Below are positions 43,095 through 52,212 of a stretch of 64,000 nt of DNA, one piece after another. Position numbers and translations under genes: made by a program. Source of the DNA: Escherichia coli (GTDB lineage Bacteria > Pseudomonadota > Gammaproteobacteria > Enterobacterales > Enterobacteriaceae). The DNA lies in assembly GCF_013315695.1 (NCBI RefSeq), contig NZ_CP054353.1; one strand, given 5' to 3'. Each line of letters starts with the position of its first letter. Position 1 is the first letter of the stretch. Under the pieces are notes generated by a model, which saw only the letters and a program-made list of their open reading frames with translations, was not told the origin of the DNA and did not search any database.

Positions 43095-43525
43095 TGGAAA
43101 AGAAAAACCGCCCATTACAGGCGGCTAATTCAGATATTCGTGTATCTGATGTTACGCCCCTTACAAAATCCCTTCAAGCACCAAAGCGCACACCGAAAAA
43201 GCATCGTGCCAGAGTCTATATGCTGCGTACTGGTATAGAGGGATGGACAGAAAATGACATTCTTCGCTACTGCCGTCTGTCTTCTGGTCGTAACTATGCA
43301 ACAGAGTTAGAACGCCAGCTTGGAATCACTCTGGAGCGTATCGACGAAAAGAATCCTGATGGTATCGGAACACACCTTCGCTACCGTTTCTCCTGCCGTG
43401 GTGATGTTCTGAAAGTGATCACTCATGTTAACCATCTTGCGAACATAAATGATCACAACGGACTTTCTCAGCAGGAAATTGCCGACATTCTGAAACTCTA
43501 CCCGGACGCGTTTAACGCCGCCTAA
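43094..43525 (+). CDS. Hypothetical basic protein
   Basis: 143 aa; begins at the alpA stop; no recognisable motif. Confidence 0.4.
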   Translation: MEKKNRPLQAANSDIRVSDVTPLTKSLQAPKRTPKKHRARVYMLRTGIEGWTENDILRYCRLSSGRNYATELERQLGITLERIDEKNPDGIGTHLRYRFSCRGDVLKVITHVNHLANINDHNGLSQQEIADILKLYPDAFNAA

Positions 43526-43537
43526 CGGAGACTGAAA

Positions 43538-44371
43538 ATGAACATCGAAAAAAGCAGATTAATTTCTGAGGCCGCCCCTCATCTGAACGCCTCTCTGGGC
43601 ACAATTAACGGTAATGAATTTGCCGCAATTGTCCCGGTTATTCCTGGTCATATCGGTGGGCGTGAAACCAATATTGTTAGCGCAAAAGCGTTACACAAAG
43701 CGTTGGGCGTGGGAAAAGACTTCTCTACATGGATCACTGATCGCATCTCTGAATATGACTTCACCATTGGGCACGATTACTCAGTCCATAAAACAATTTC
43801 CCCAAATTTGGGGAAAAGCCCGAATGGCGCGGCTTACAGCAAGATAAAGCACTCTGGCAGACCCGGTAAAGACTATCTGTTAAGTGTCGGAATGGCGAAA
43901 GAACTGGCAATGATCGAACGCAATGATCAGGGTCGCGCTATCCGCCGTTATTTCATCCAGTGCGAGGAAGAATTACAGCGTAGCGTTCCTGAAATCGCCG
44001 CCCGCTATCGTCGCCAGCTAAAAGCCCGTCTCAGTGCCGCAAACAACTTTAAGCCAATGTGCGATGCGCTGAATATGGCCCGTGCCGAGATGGGTAAAAC
44101 GACGCAGCAACACCACTACACAAACGAGAGCAATATGATTTCTCGTATCGTTCTTGGTGGGCTAACTGCTAAGCAGTGGGCGCGGATAAATGGCTATTCT
44201 GGCGAACCTCGCGACCATATGAACGCAGAACAGCTTGAGCACCTCTCATATCTCGAAAGCACCAATATCACGTTAATTGATATGGGCATGGAATATGAGC
44301 AGCGCAAAGGAGAACTCACCCGCCTGTCGCAACGCTGGCTCGCCAAGCGTCTGGAGGCGGTCCATGTTTAA
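43538..44371 (+). CDS. Phage antirepressor-like protein
   Basis: 277 aa; N-terminal SAKALHKALGV...FSTWITDRI block resembles the antirepressor N-terminal domain. Confidence 0.5.
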   Translation: MNIEKSRLISEAAPHLNASLGTINGNEFAAIVPVIPGHIGGRETNIVSAKALHKALGVGKDFSTWITDRISEYDFTIGHDYSVHKTISPNLGKSPNGAAYSKIKHSGRPGKDYLLSVGMAKELAMIERNDQGRAIRRYFIQCEEELQRSVPEIAARYRRQLKARLSAANNFKPMCDALNMARAEMGKTTQQHHYTNESNMISRIVLGGLTAKQWARINGYSGEPRDHMNAEQLEHLSYLESTNITLIDMGMEYEQRKGELTRLSQRWLAKRLEAVHV

Positions 44372-44546
44372 GCCGACAGGAACACCACAACCTCAAAAAC
44401 GCTACAAAGATGCCCACGGAGCACTCGTTACTGTCGAAAGCGTGTCTCACAACCGAGTGACGTTTTATCGCGACGGGTATCAATCGCCATGCGTACAACC
44501 GCTGGCGCGCTTCATGAAGGAGTTCGCGGAGGTTAACAAATGCTAA
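44364..44546 (+). CDS. Hypothetical small protein
   Basis: 60 aa from ATG at 44364 (ATGTTTAA overlap with the preceding stop). Confidence 0.3.
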   Translation: MFKPTGTPQPQKRYKDAHGALVTVESVSHNRVTFYRDGYQSPCVQPLARFMKEFAEVNKC

Positions 44547-45607
44547 CCGTCCAGAAGAAGATATTTTCACTGGCTGGTATGTCACCAAAATCCAGCAATA
44601 TGACAGCAAAGTCTGGCATTAATACAGCAGATACAAGCAAAGTTTATCATTTTCTGGTGGTAGGAGCGGATGCCTTAACTATGTCAGAAATTACGGTCGA
44701 TGGTGTTAGCGTTGAGAAGGTCAGCGGCTGCGCCAGAGAATTTCTGGTCGTAGATGGCTTTCTCTGCTCGCGTAGTGACTCCACAAAAACCTTCGTCCAT
44801 ACGCGCGACGTTAACGAAATGAGCGCGATGTATTGTGCATCTGGTGCTTCCAATACTGAGTTTTCGGAGTCCATAAAAAAGAGCTTGCCGTTATGCGGCA
44901 ACACGGTTTATGGTTATAAGGCACCTCATAAAACGGGTGCCGGGATTGGCGTCCTGAAAATTCTGAAGGCGACATATGACGCGCCGAGCGTCTTTTTTTA
45001 TGTCGTAGGTCTGACTCACCCATTTTTTGGGCGTTGGTGTATAATCCAGCGCCTTTGTCAATCAATGGTGGCTCAGGCGGGGGCTTCTTCGGAAGCGCCG
45101 GTATCCTTCAGAGCCGGTTACGCCAACCCTGTCTGGGCTACCACCAGCGAAATTGGCGTTTCCGGTGGTAGCGTAACCTGCTATCTGAAGGAGGCTGCCA
45201 CATGCTGGCTACTACCCCTACCCAAAAACCGCAATTTATCTGGATTATCGCCGCAGTTCGCCGCGATTGCCCGACAATTACCGCCAAAATTCATCATATT
45301 GCTGCCGAGTCTGAACGCGATGCTCGCCGTTCTCTGGTGCGCGATCACGTCTGCTTTTTTGCTGGTCGTATCCGCATGGAGGTGGCACATGATTAAAACC
45401 TACGATGTGCATATGGATCCCCTCGAACGCACAAGCCAGATCATCACACTGACAGAAGTGATTAACGACATTCTGGTGAGCAACTCTCCCTCACGAGACG
45501 AAAGGCTGAAGGCGTTACTCGCGATATTGGATCTCGCCGTTCGTGACGTTCATTTCCTGCTGGAAGGTGGCGAAATGCCAGGAAAAACGGGGGCAACCAA
45601 TGAATAA
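44540..45607 (+). CDS. Hypothetical ORF, possibly over-called or chimeric
   Basis: 355-aa open frame with heterogeneous composition; the only long open frame over 44.5-45.6 kb; its C-terminal part could be an independent small gene. Confidence 0.25.
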   Translation: MLTVQKKIFSLAGMSPKSSNMTAKSGINTADTSKVYHFLVVGADALTMSEITVDGVSVEKVSGCAREFLVVDGFLCSRSDSTKTFVHTRDVNEMSAMYCASGASNTEFSESIKKSLPLCGNTVYGYKAPHKTGAGIGVLKILKATYDAPSVFFYVVGLTHPFFGRWCIIQRLCQSMVAQAGASSEAPVSFRAGYANPVWATTSEIGVSGGSVTCYLKEAATCWLLPLPKNRNLSGLSPQFAAIARQLPPKFIILLPSLNAMLAVLWCAITSAFLLVVSAWRWHMIKTYDVHMDPLERTSQIITLTEVINDILVSNSPSRDERLKALLAILDLAVRDVHFLLEGGEMPGKTGATNE

Positions 45608-45794
45608 CTCAATTAATACCCCTCGCCTTACGTCCGCACTTCAATTAATCGAGCAAGCAGCGGCTGTCCTGGTTGCTGTCAGTCTTTCGGCTGAAGAAAT
45701 GGACGCTGCTGATGTCGTGGATGCGATTAAAGCGTGCTCATCTTTGGTTAACGATGCCCGTGCCGAGCTGGTAATTCTTGGGGGTGAAAAATGA
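45600..45794 (+). CDS. Hypothetical small protein
   Basis: 64 aa from ATG at 45600. Confidence 0.3.
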   Translation: MNNSINTPRLTSALQLIEQAAAVLVAVSLSAEEMDAADVVDAIKACSSLVNDARAELVILGGEK

Positions 45795-46054
45795 ATATCA
45801 ACTTAATTTATCGTCATCCGTGTGAGCTGGAAATTGAATCATTGCTGGGGCGTGAAGAGCCATATCCAGACTCATTCACTCCCGCAGATTGCGCGACTGA
45901 ACGGCTTACCAGAGCGCGCACAGGTCTGGTTCATGTGATGAATGAGATTGTTCCCTCGGTGGGAGGGGAACAGGCGACAGTAATCAATAGCTGGCTACAA
46001 AAAGTTACCTCCCTGATAGATATCGGTTTAATCGATGTGGAGAGTGCGAAATGA
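45791..46054 (+). CDS. Hypothetical small protein
   Basis: 87 aa; overlaps neighbours by 4 nt on the same strand. Confidence 0.35.
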   Translation: MNINLIYRHPCELEIESLLGREEPYPDSFTPADCATERLTRARTGLVHVMNEIVPSVGGEQATVINSWLQKVTSLIDIGLIDVESAK

Positions 46055-46272
46055 CCAACATCCAGCTCATTGAAGCGCAATGTCGCATCGAACAGGTTCA
46101 GACTGTTTTAGGGTTCTGGCTTGAAGGGGCCAGCCCCAGCAACAGAGACAAGTTAATGATTGGCGCGGTTATGTCACTGCTCAATGGCGTACCAGAAGCT
46201 ATTCAGGAAGCGGACGAATTGTTGGGCAAATATGAGTTACAGAATCATTCAGGCGAGGCGAAACATGAATAA
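46051..46272 (+). CDS. Hypothetical small protein
   Basis: 73 aa; 4-nt overlap with the upstream gene. Confidence 0.35.
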   Translation: MTNIQLIEAQCRIEQVQTVLGFWLEGASPSNRDKLMIGAVMSLLNGVPEAIQEADELLGKYELQNHSGEAKHE

Positions 46273-46867
46273 TTTCTTAACTTTCCATGCAGAAGCAACG
46301 CCTGACGGCGTAAACATCATGTACCGCAGCAACGATGGCATGACAGAACGCGTTGAGGCCGTCTCATATATTGATGCCGTAAATCGTCTGGATGCCGGGG
46401 ATTATGACGATAAACCAGATGAAGGTATGTCAATACATCTCGCTATTGCCGATGGCGGCAACCAGGGATATTTCGATTACACATCACAGCATAACGTCAT
46501 TATGTGGAGATGGCTGATCGCAACAGTATTCATGCTGGAAATGAGAGAGGAAAACGGCACTGTCAGCATCATTGATGATACTGGCAATCCTTCCGAAGTG
46601 GCTGTTTATTCCAACGGCATCGTCGCCATGCCGCTGTATCCAGTAGCAGAGCGCCTCGCTATGGCAAACAACATTGAGGGCGCGATGATAGAACGTTTTG
46701 GCATCGAGTCTGGCACAGAACGCGCCATCATTTTCTACAGAGCCATGATGGATGTGGAACAAGGAGCACTGACTCCATTTGGTCGTGAAACGCTTGCTGA
46801 ACTTCACAACAGCTTTATAGCTGAACTGAATGAAAACGGCATGCCAGCGGAACCAGTGACGCACTGA
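46265..46867 (+). CDS. Hypothetical protein
   Basis: 200 aa from ATG at 46265 (MNNFLTF). Confidence 0.4.
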   Translation: MNNFLTFHAEATPDGVNIMYRSNDGMTERVEAVSYIDAVNRLDAGDYDDKPDEGMSIHLAIADGGNQGYFDYTSQHNVIMWRWLIATVFMLEMREENGTVSIIDDTGNPSEVAVYSNGIVAMPLYPVAERLAMANNIEGAMIERFGIESGTERAIIFYRAMMDVEQGALTPFGRETLAELHNSFIAELNENGMPAEPVTH

Positions 46868-46877
46868 GGATGGAGCC

Positions 46878-47219
46878 ATGATTACTAAAAATTTCCGACT
46901 GAATGCGCTGGCAAATAAGTATGCGTCGGCACTGTATAACCACATTACCTCCACCAGCGGCGGGGACTATTTCATGGTTGATGCGGACGGCGAGGCCGTA
47001 CGTGTGGAAATCGTCAATGGAGTAAAAGGCGTTCGCAGCCTGATCGATAGCTACACACTGGCAGCCATGAAAGTGTTCTACCCGCAGTGGGAAACCGTGG
47101 GGATCGAGCTTCTTGAGCGTTGCGTCACTAAGGACGGATTGACTGACGTCGGGCGTGAGATATGGCAAAGCATGGTTAATGACATGGGCGCAACTGTAGC
47201 GGGAGGTTCTCATGCGTGA
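46878..47219 (+). CDS. Hypothetical protein
   Basis: 113 aa; same-strand operon member. Confidence 0.35.
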   Translation: MITKNFRLNALANKYASALYNHITSTSGGDYFMVDADGEAVRVEIVNGVKGVRSLIDSYTLAAMKVFYPQWETVGIELLERCVTKDGLTDVGREIWQSMVNDMGATVAGGSHA

Positions 47220-47583
47220 AAATGCAGAAATGGCGCTTAGCTCCGCAATCGGAGAGCAGGTGGCAAAGATTGCTGGTGCTGTGTGGATTCATAACCTTCA
47301 TTCTACTGGTGAAGAGAAAATGGCAATTCAGACGCCAGAGGGACGCACCATTACTACATCTCTGAAGCCGTCAGATGTTTGTGATCTGATTTGCGCATTC
47401 ATGTACCCAGCAATGAGGACTGTCCACGGCGATAAGTGGAAACTTGCGACAACCGCTGAATTTGATATGTGGCTAAACAATGATGGCATGCTGACTGATT
47501 ACGGAATAACCAAGTGGCAGATGCTGGTTAGCCATATCGCAAACGCTATAGACCACGTGGGGTACGGTGATGCGAAACATTGA
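47212..47583 (+). CDS. Hypothetical protein
   Basis: 123 aa; overlaps the primase start. Confidence 0.35.
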   Translation: MRENAEMALSSAIGEQVAKIAGAVWIHNLHSTGEEKMAIQTPEGRTITTSLKPSDVCDLICAFMYPAMRTVHGDKWKLATTAEFDMWLNNDGMLTDYGITKWQMLVSHIANAIDHVGYGDAKH

Positions 47584-50326
47584 TCTTATCCGTCAGGTTA
47601 TCAGTGCGTCTGAAAACAACTGGCCTCATGTGCTGGGCTGCCTGAACATAAATGTCCCTGACTCTCCGCGCCGTCATGCTCCCTGCCCTGCATGTGGGGG
47701 CAAAGATCGATTCCGGTTCGATGACAACGGGCGCGGTAGCTTCATCTGTAATCAGTGCGGCGCTGGTGATGGGCTGGATTTAATTAAACGCGTAAATAAC
47801 TGCGACACAACAGAGGCGGCGCTTCTTGCCGCTGATGTTCTGGGTATTGATTACCGGACAACGGAAACACCAGAAGCCACCAGCCAGAAACGGGAACAAC
47901 TGGAAACCGAGCGCCAGCGACGCGAACAGGAGCGCCTGAAAAGGGCAGAGAAGGACGAACAACAAAGACGGGATACGTTTTCCCGTCAGTTTGATGACAT
48001 GCGCAGAAAGGCTGTAAACGGCAAATCTGATTATCTGGTTGCGAAAGGGGTAGGTGATTTTACATTCCCCGTGTTGCCCGATGGATCTCTGTTGCTGGCG
48101 CTGGTGGATAAATCCGGCGCAGTCACAGCAGCACAGACTATTACATCACATGGTGAAAAAAGACTCCTGACAGGTTCAGCAAAGCGGGGGGCATATCACG
48201 CCATAAACGCGCCAGAAACAACACAGAGCATCTTAATCGCAGAAGGGCTGGCAACGGCATTATCTGCCCATTTAATTCGTCCAGAGGCGCTGACAGTGGC
48301 GGCGATTGATGCCGGGAACCTGTTATATGTCGCCCAGGTACTGCGGGATAAATTTCCTTCAGCACAAATCATCATTGCTGCGGATAACGACCACAGCGAA
48401 GGAAGACAAAACACGGGGAGAATAGCAGCAGAAAAAGCAGCTTTATCTGTTTCTGGATGGGTGGCATTACCCCCGACAGATCACAAAGCAGACTGGAATG
48501 ATTACCACCAAAAACACGGCATTAAATGCGCCACAGAAGCGTTCAATAAGTCAATGTACCAACCACAGGGTAATGGCGTGAAACATGAGCCACAGACCAT
48601 TGAGGGAAGCGATTTTAAGGTTATGGATACCGACCCACTGAAACCAAGAATAGAAAGCCGCGAGGATGGTATTTATTGGGTATCTCCGAGAGCTGACAGC
48701 CAGAGTGGAGAAATCATCAATAACGAAAGCTGGTTATGTTCTCCGTTAAGCGTTATCGGTACTGGCAGAGACGATAAAGACCAGTATCTCATTCTTCGCT
48801 GGCTGTCGTTTGGTTCTGAAACGCCGACAACCGCTGCCATTCCACTGGCTGATATTGGTGAACGTGAAGGATGGCGCACACTTAAAGCTGGTGGGGTAAA
48901 TGTCACGACCAAAAGCAGCCTCAGAGCAATACTGGCAGACTGGCTACAACGCAGTGGCTCTCGTGAATTGTGGCGTGTTGCTCATGCCACTGGCTGGCAA
49001 TGCGGAGCGTACATCATGCCTGATGGGGAAATCATCGGAACACCTGAAAATCCTGTGCTGTTCAGCGGGAGAAGCTCAGCCGCAGCCGGATATACCGTCT
49101 CAGGGAGCGCGAAAAGCTGGCGTGATAACGTGGCGCGTCTGGCCTTTGGTAACTATTCAATGATGACCGGGATCGGCGCAGCACTGGCAGCGCCATTGAT
49201 TGGGCTGGTGGGCGCTGACGGGTTCGGCATTCATTTCTATGAGCAGTCGAGCGCAGGTAAGACCACCACGGCAAACGTGGCGAGCAGCTTATACGGCAAC
49301 CCTGATTTACTGCGGCTGACGTGGTACGGAACCGCGCTGGGGCTGGCAAATGAGGCCGCCGCCCACAATGACGGACTAATGCCGCTTGATGAAGTTGGTC
49401 AGGGCGCTGATCCTGTCAGCGTTTCACAGTCTGCCTATGCGTTATTTAACGGTGTAGGGAAACTGCAAGGCGCTAAAGATGGTGGAAACCGGGATCTAAA
49501 ACGCTGGCGTACAGTGGCAATCAGCACCGGAGAAATGGATTTAGAAACATTTATCGCTACTTCCGGGCGAAAAACCAAAGCCGGGCAACTGGTGCGACTG
49601 CTGAATATTCCGTTGAGTAAAGCAGTACGCTTTCACGATTACCAGAACGGAAAACAGCACGCAGACGCACTGAAAGACGCTTACCAGCATCACCACGGCG
49701 CGTCCGGGCGTGAGTGGATTAAATGGCTGGCAGACCACCAGCAACAGGCTATTAAAACCGTTCGTGACTGCGAAAGCAGATGGAGAAGCCTGATCCCATC
49801 CGATTATGGTGAGCAGGTTCACCGTGTAGCCGCGCGATTTGCCATTCTGGAGGCCGCATTGTTGTTAGGCGAGGTTGTAACAGGCTGGGATGCTCAGACA
49901 TGCCGTGATGCGATACAGCACAGCTATAACGCATGGTTGCGCGAGTTCGGCACAGGTAACAAAGAGCATCAGCAGATTATTGAACAAACGGAGGCATTTC
50001 TTAATGCCTATGGGCTTAGCCGTTTTGCACCATTTCCATACAGCCCGGCAGATTTGCCCATCAAAGATTTAGCCGGATACCGTCAGCGTGGAGAACATGA
50101 CGAAAGCCCAATGATTTTCTACACATTCCCGGCCACATTTGAAAAGGAGATCGCATGTGGTTTCAACGCAAAACAGTTTGCTGAAGTGTTGAAAAAAGCC
50201 GGGATGCTAACCCCACCAAACAGCGGTCGTGGATACCAAAGAAAATCACCACGTATTCAGGGACGACAAATAAACGTTTATGTACTCAATTACCAGCCAG
50301 GAGATTATAACTCATCTGAAGAATGA
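47567..50326 (+). CDS. Satellite-type DNA primase/helicase (zinc-finger + TOPRIM + D5-like NTPase)
   Basis: 919 aa; N-terminal CPACGG...CNQCG zinc finger, TOPRIM-like region (ILIAEGLATALS), Walker A SSAGKTT in the C-terminal half. Confidence 0.8.
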   Translation: MMRNIDLIRQVISASENNWPHVLGCLNINVPDSPRRHAPCPACGGKDRFRFDDNGRGSFICNQCGAGDGLDLIKRVNNCDTTEAALLAADVLGIDYRTTETPEATSQKREQLETERQRREQERLKRAEKDEQQRRDTFSRQFDDMRRKAVNGKSDYLVAKGVGDFTFPVLPDGSLLLALVDKSGAVTAAQTITSHGEKRLLTGSAKRGAYHAINAPETTQSILIAEGLATALSAHLIRPEALTVAAIDAGNLLYVAQVLRDKFPSAQIIIAADNDHSEGRQNTGRIAAEKAALSVSGWVALPPTDHKADWNDYHQKHGIKCATEAFNKSMYQPQGNGVKHEPQTIEGSDFKVMDTDPLKPRIESREDGIYWVSPRADSQSGEIINNESWLCSPLSVIGTGRDDKDQYLILRWLSFGSETPTTAAIPLADIGEREGWRTLKAGGVNVTTKSSLRAILADWLQRSGSRELWRVAHATGWQCGAYIMPDGEIIGTPENPVLFSGRSSAAAGYTVSGSAKSWRDNVARLAFGNYSMMTGIGAALAAPLIGLVGADGFGIHFYEQSSAGKTTTANVASSLYGNPDLLRLTWYGTALGLANEAAAHNDGLMPLDEVGQGADPVSVSQSAYALFNGVGKLQGAKDGGNRDLKRWRTVAISTGEMDLETFIATSGRKTKAGQLVRLLNIPLSKAVRFHDYQNGKQHADALKDAYQHHHGASGREWIKWLADHQQQAIKTVRDCESRWRSLIPSDYGEQVHRVAARFAILEAALLLGEVVTGWDAQTCRDAIQHSYNAWLREFGTGNKEHQQIIEQTEAFLNAYGLSRFAPFPYSPADLPIKDLAGYRQRGEHDESPMIFYTFPATFEKEIACGFNAKQFAEVLKKAGMLTPPNSGRGYQRKSPRIQGRQINVYVLNYQPGDYNSSEE

Positions 50327-50350
50327 GCTTCTTCATGTGCGTAGAAAAGG

Positions 50351-50456
50351 TGTTGGTTCAGTTGGTTCAATTTGTAAAGAGTATTGTTTTATAAGGATTT
50401 TATTCTTTTTATTGAACCAACACTGAACCAACAACACGGTATTTTGAACCAACACA
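50351..50456. promoter_or_regulatory. Candidate replication origin: inverted clusters of TGAACCAAC iterons flanking an AT-rich spacer
   Basis: GTTGGTTCAGTTGGTTCAA (50352-50370) then ~42 bp AT-rich, then TGAACCAACACTGAACCAACAA and TGAACCAACACA (50413-50456); begins 25 bp after the primase stop. Confidence 0.5.
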
Positions 50457-50774
50457 ATGTGACTGAATTGATGCGCACAACACCTGGCTGGCATCAGAGA
50501 GTGTTTTACGAGACTTTCGTAAAATCCTGTGTACAAGGGCGTGACGTTTTTGAAAGTGAGCACTACGAAATTTTCGTAGTTCAGAAAACAGCCTCTGAGA
50601 AGTTGTTATGCCTGTTCAGCAAACCATCCGCATAGCTGATCGCGAATCAAATTACCAATGGAGCCAGAAGCAAGGGCAGAACTGAAAAGCGCCTGCCGTG
50701 AAGAGTAATGCGACACCATAAATATAGTTTTTAGAGTCCATAAAAAACCTGTCAAAACCTGACACACAGAACGA

Positions 50775-50806
50775 TGCCACCAGCTACTGAGCGGTGGCAT
50801 TTTTTT
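50775..50806 (+). terminator. Rho-independent terminator
   Basis: Hairpin TGCCACC-AGCTACTGAGC-GGTGGCA followed by TTTTTTT. Confidence 0.6.
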
Positions 50807-50901
50807 GTGCTATTTGTTTCATATTTTGCAATTACGATGATGAATATTGCGATTTGTGAAACTATAATAACTGTTGTTTTATACAGTTCTAAGGGGGCGT
50901 T

Positions 50902-51063
50902 ATGGCTATTTCAGTAAAGCCGGTATTGATAAGTGAGAAGCAAATGGAAGCGATAAAGAAAATTCAGGAAGAGCAGCGTAAAAAATCAGGAATTGGAGTA
51001 GCGCCAACTCTGCATGAAATTGCACGAGGGTTAATAGATAAGGCGCTGGCAGGCTGTATGTGA
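50902..51063 (+). CDS. Small ORF (53 aa) not in the ORF track; possible small DNA-binding protein
   Basis: ATG at 50902 with AAGGGGG SD 7 nt upstream; charged helical composition. Confidence 0.35.
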   Translation: MAISVKPVLISEKQMEAIKKIQEEQRKKSGIGVAPTLHEIARGLIDKALAGCM

Positions 51064-51079
51064 AAATGGATGGCATCGC

Positions 51080-51541
51080 ATGGAACTAAAATTTATTGAT
51101 AACCCTGTGCGATTACAGGCCTTTCTTAACGAGCCAGGCAATACCGAAAATATTGTTGAGCCGGGGCACACGTACTACATCAAGCCTGATGCGGTATATC
51201 TCGGCATCTACGAAGGATTAGTGCTGGCTGGCGTTCATGAAGTGCGTAACTTCTGGCATAGCGTTGTTGAATGCCATGCGGTGTACGACCCCGGATTCCG
51301 TGGTGAATATGCACTGCAAGGACATCGATTATTCTGCAAATGGCTTCTCGAAAACTCACCATTCCTTAACAGCATTACCATGGTTCCTGACACCACGAAA
51401 TACGGACGGGCAATTATCCGTTTGCTTGGCGCTACCCGTGTTGGTCATCTTGATGATGCTTATATCAGATGTGGTAAACCCGTCGGCGTAACGCTTTATC
51501 AGTTAACTCGGCAACAATATAAGGAATTCAGCGAATGTTAA
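51080..51541 (+). CDS. Hypothetical protein (candidate virion-associated protein)
   Basis: 153 aa; first of three tightly coupled same-strand genes. Confidence 0.4.
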   Translation: MELKFIDNPVRLQAFLNEPGNTENIVEPGHTYYIKPDAVYLGIYEGLVLAGVHEVRNFWHSVVECHAVYDPGFRGEYALQGHRLFCKWLLENSPFLNSITMVPDTTKYGRAIIRLLGATRVGHLDDAYIRCGKPVGVTLYQLTRQQYKEFSEC

Positions 51542-52212
51542 TTACCCATATAGCTTATAAACATCTCAATCGTGCCGTATACGAAAAAGGCGGTGATGGT
51601 GGTGCCTCTAAAGCTCAGGCGAAGGCCCAGCAGCAGGCAATTGATTTGCAGCGCGAGCAGTGGAATACGGTGATGAATAATCTCAAGCCGTATGCAGAAG
51701 TCGGATTGCCTGCTTTACAACAACTACAAGGACTGATGACTCTGGAAGGGCAGAATAAAGCCGCGAATGATTTCTTTGGTTCTGGTTTATATAAAACACA
51801 GGCAGATCAGGCCCGTTATCAGAACCTTGTCTCAGCAGAAGCTACCGGGGGGCTTGGCTCAACAGCTACCAGTAACCAGTTATCTTCCATTGCGCCCATG
51901 CTTTATAACAATTGGCTCAGTGGGCAAATGCAAAATTATGGAAACCTGCTAAATGTCGGGATGAATGCGGCATCAGGGCAGGCAACAGCAGGGCAAAACT
52001 ACGCCAATAATACCGGACAACTCTTGCAGGGGCTTGGCGCTATTCGTGCAGGTCAGGCGCAGCAGCCATCCAGTCTTGCGCGTGGTATTGGTGGGGCGGC
52101 ATCAGGCGCTTTAGCGGGTGCGCAACTTGGTTCCGTTGTTCCGGGTATAGGTAATGTCGCCGGGGCTATTGGTGGTGGGCTTATTGGTCTTGTTGGGGGG
52201 CTTGGATTCTAA
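51535..52212 (+). CDS. Hypothetical protein with Gly-rich hydrophobic C-terminus (candidate phage ejection/internal protein)
   Basis: 225 aa; Gln/Asn-rich middle, C-terminal GxxxG-rich tail (GIGNVAGAIGGGLIGLVGGLGF). Confidence 0.4.
   Translation: MLITHIAYKHLNRAVYEKGGDGGASKAQAKAQQQAIDLQREQWNTVMNNLKPYAEVGLPALQQLQGLMTLEGQNKAANDFFGSGLYKTQADQARYQNLVSAEATGGLGSTATSNQLSSIAPMLYNNWLSGQMQNYGNLLNVGMNAASGQATAGQNYANNTGQLLQGLGAIRAGQAQQPSSLARGIGGAASGALAGAQLGSVVPGIGNVAGAIGGGLIGLVGGLGF

Noticed and set aside
51535-52212. Gly-rich C-terminal tail suggesting a microcin or bacteriocin precursor
   Set aside because: The protein is too large at 225 aa, has no double-glycine leader and no adjacent immunity or export genes; an operon-coupled phage virion/ejection protein fits better.
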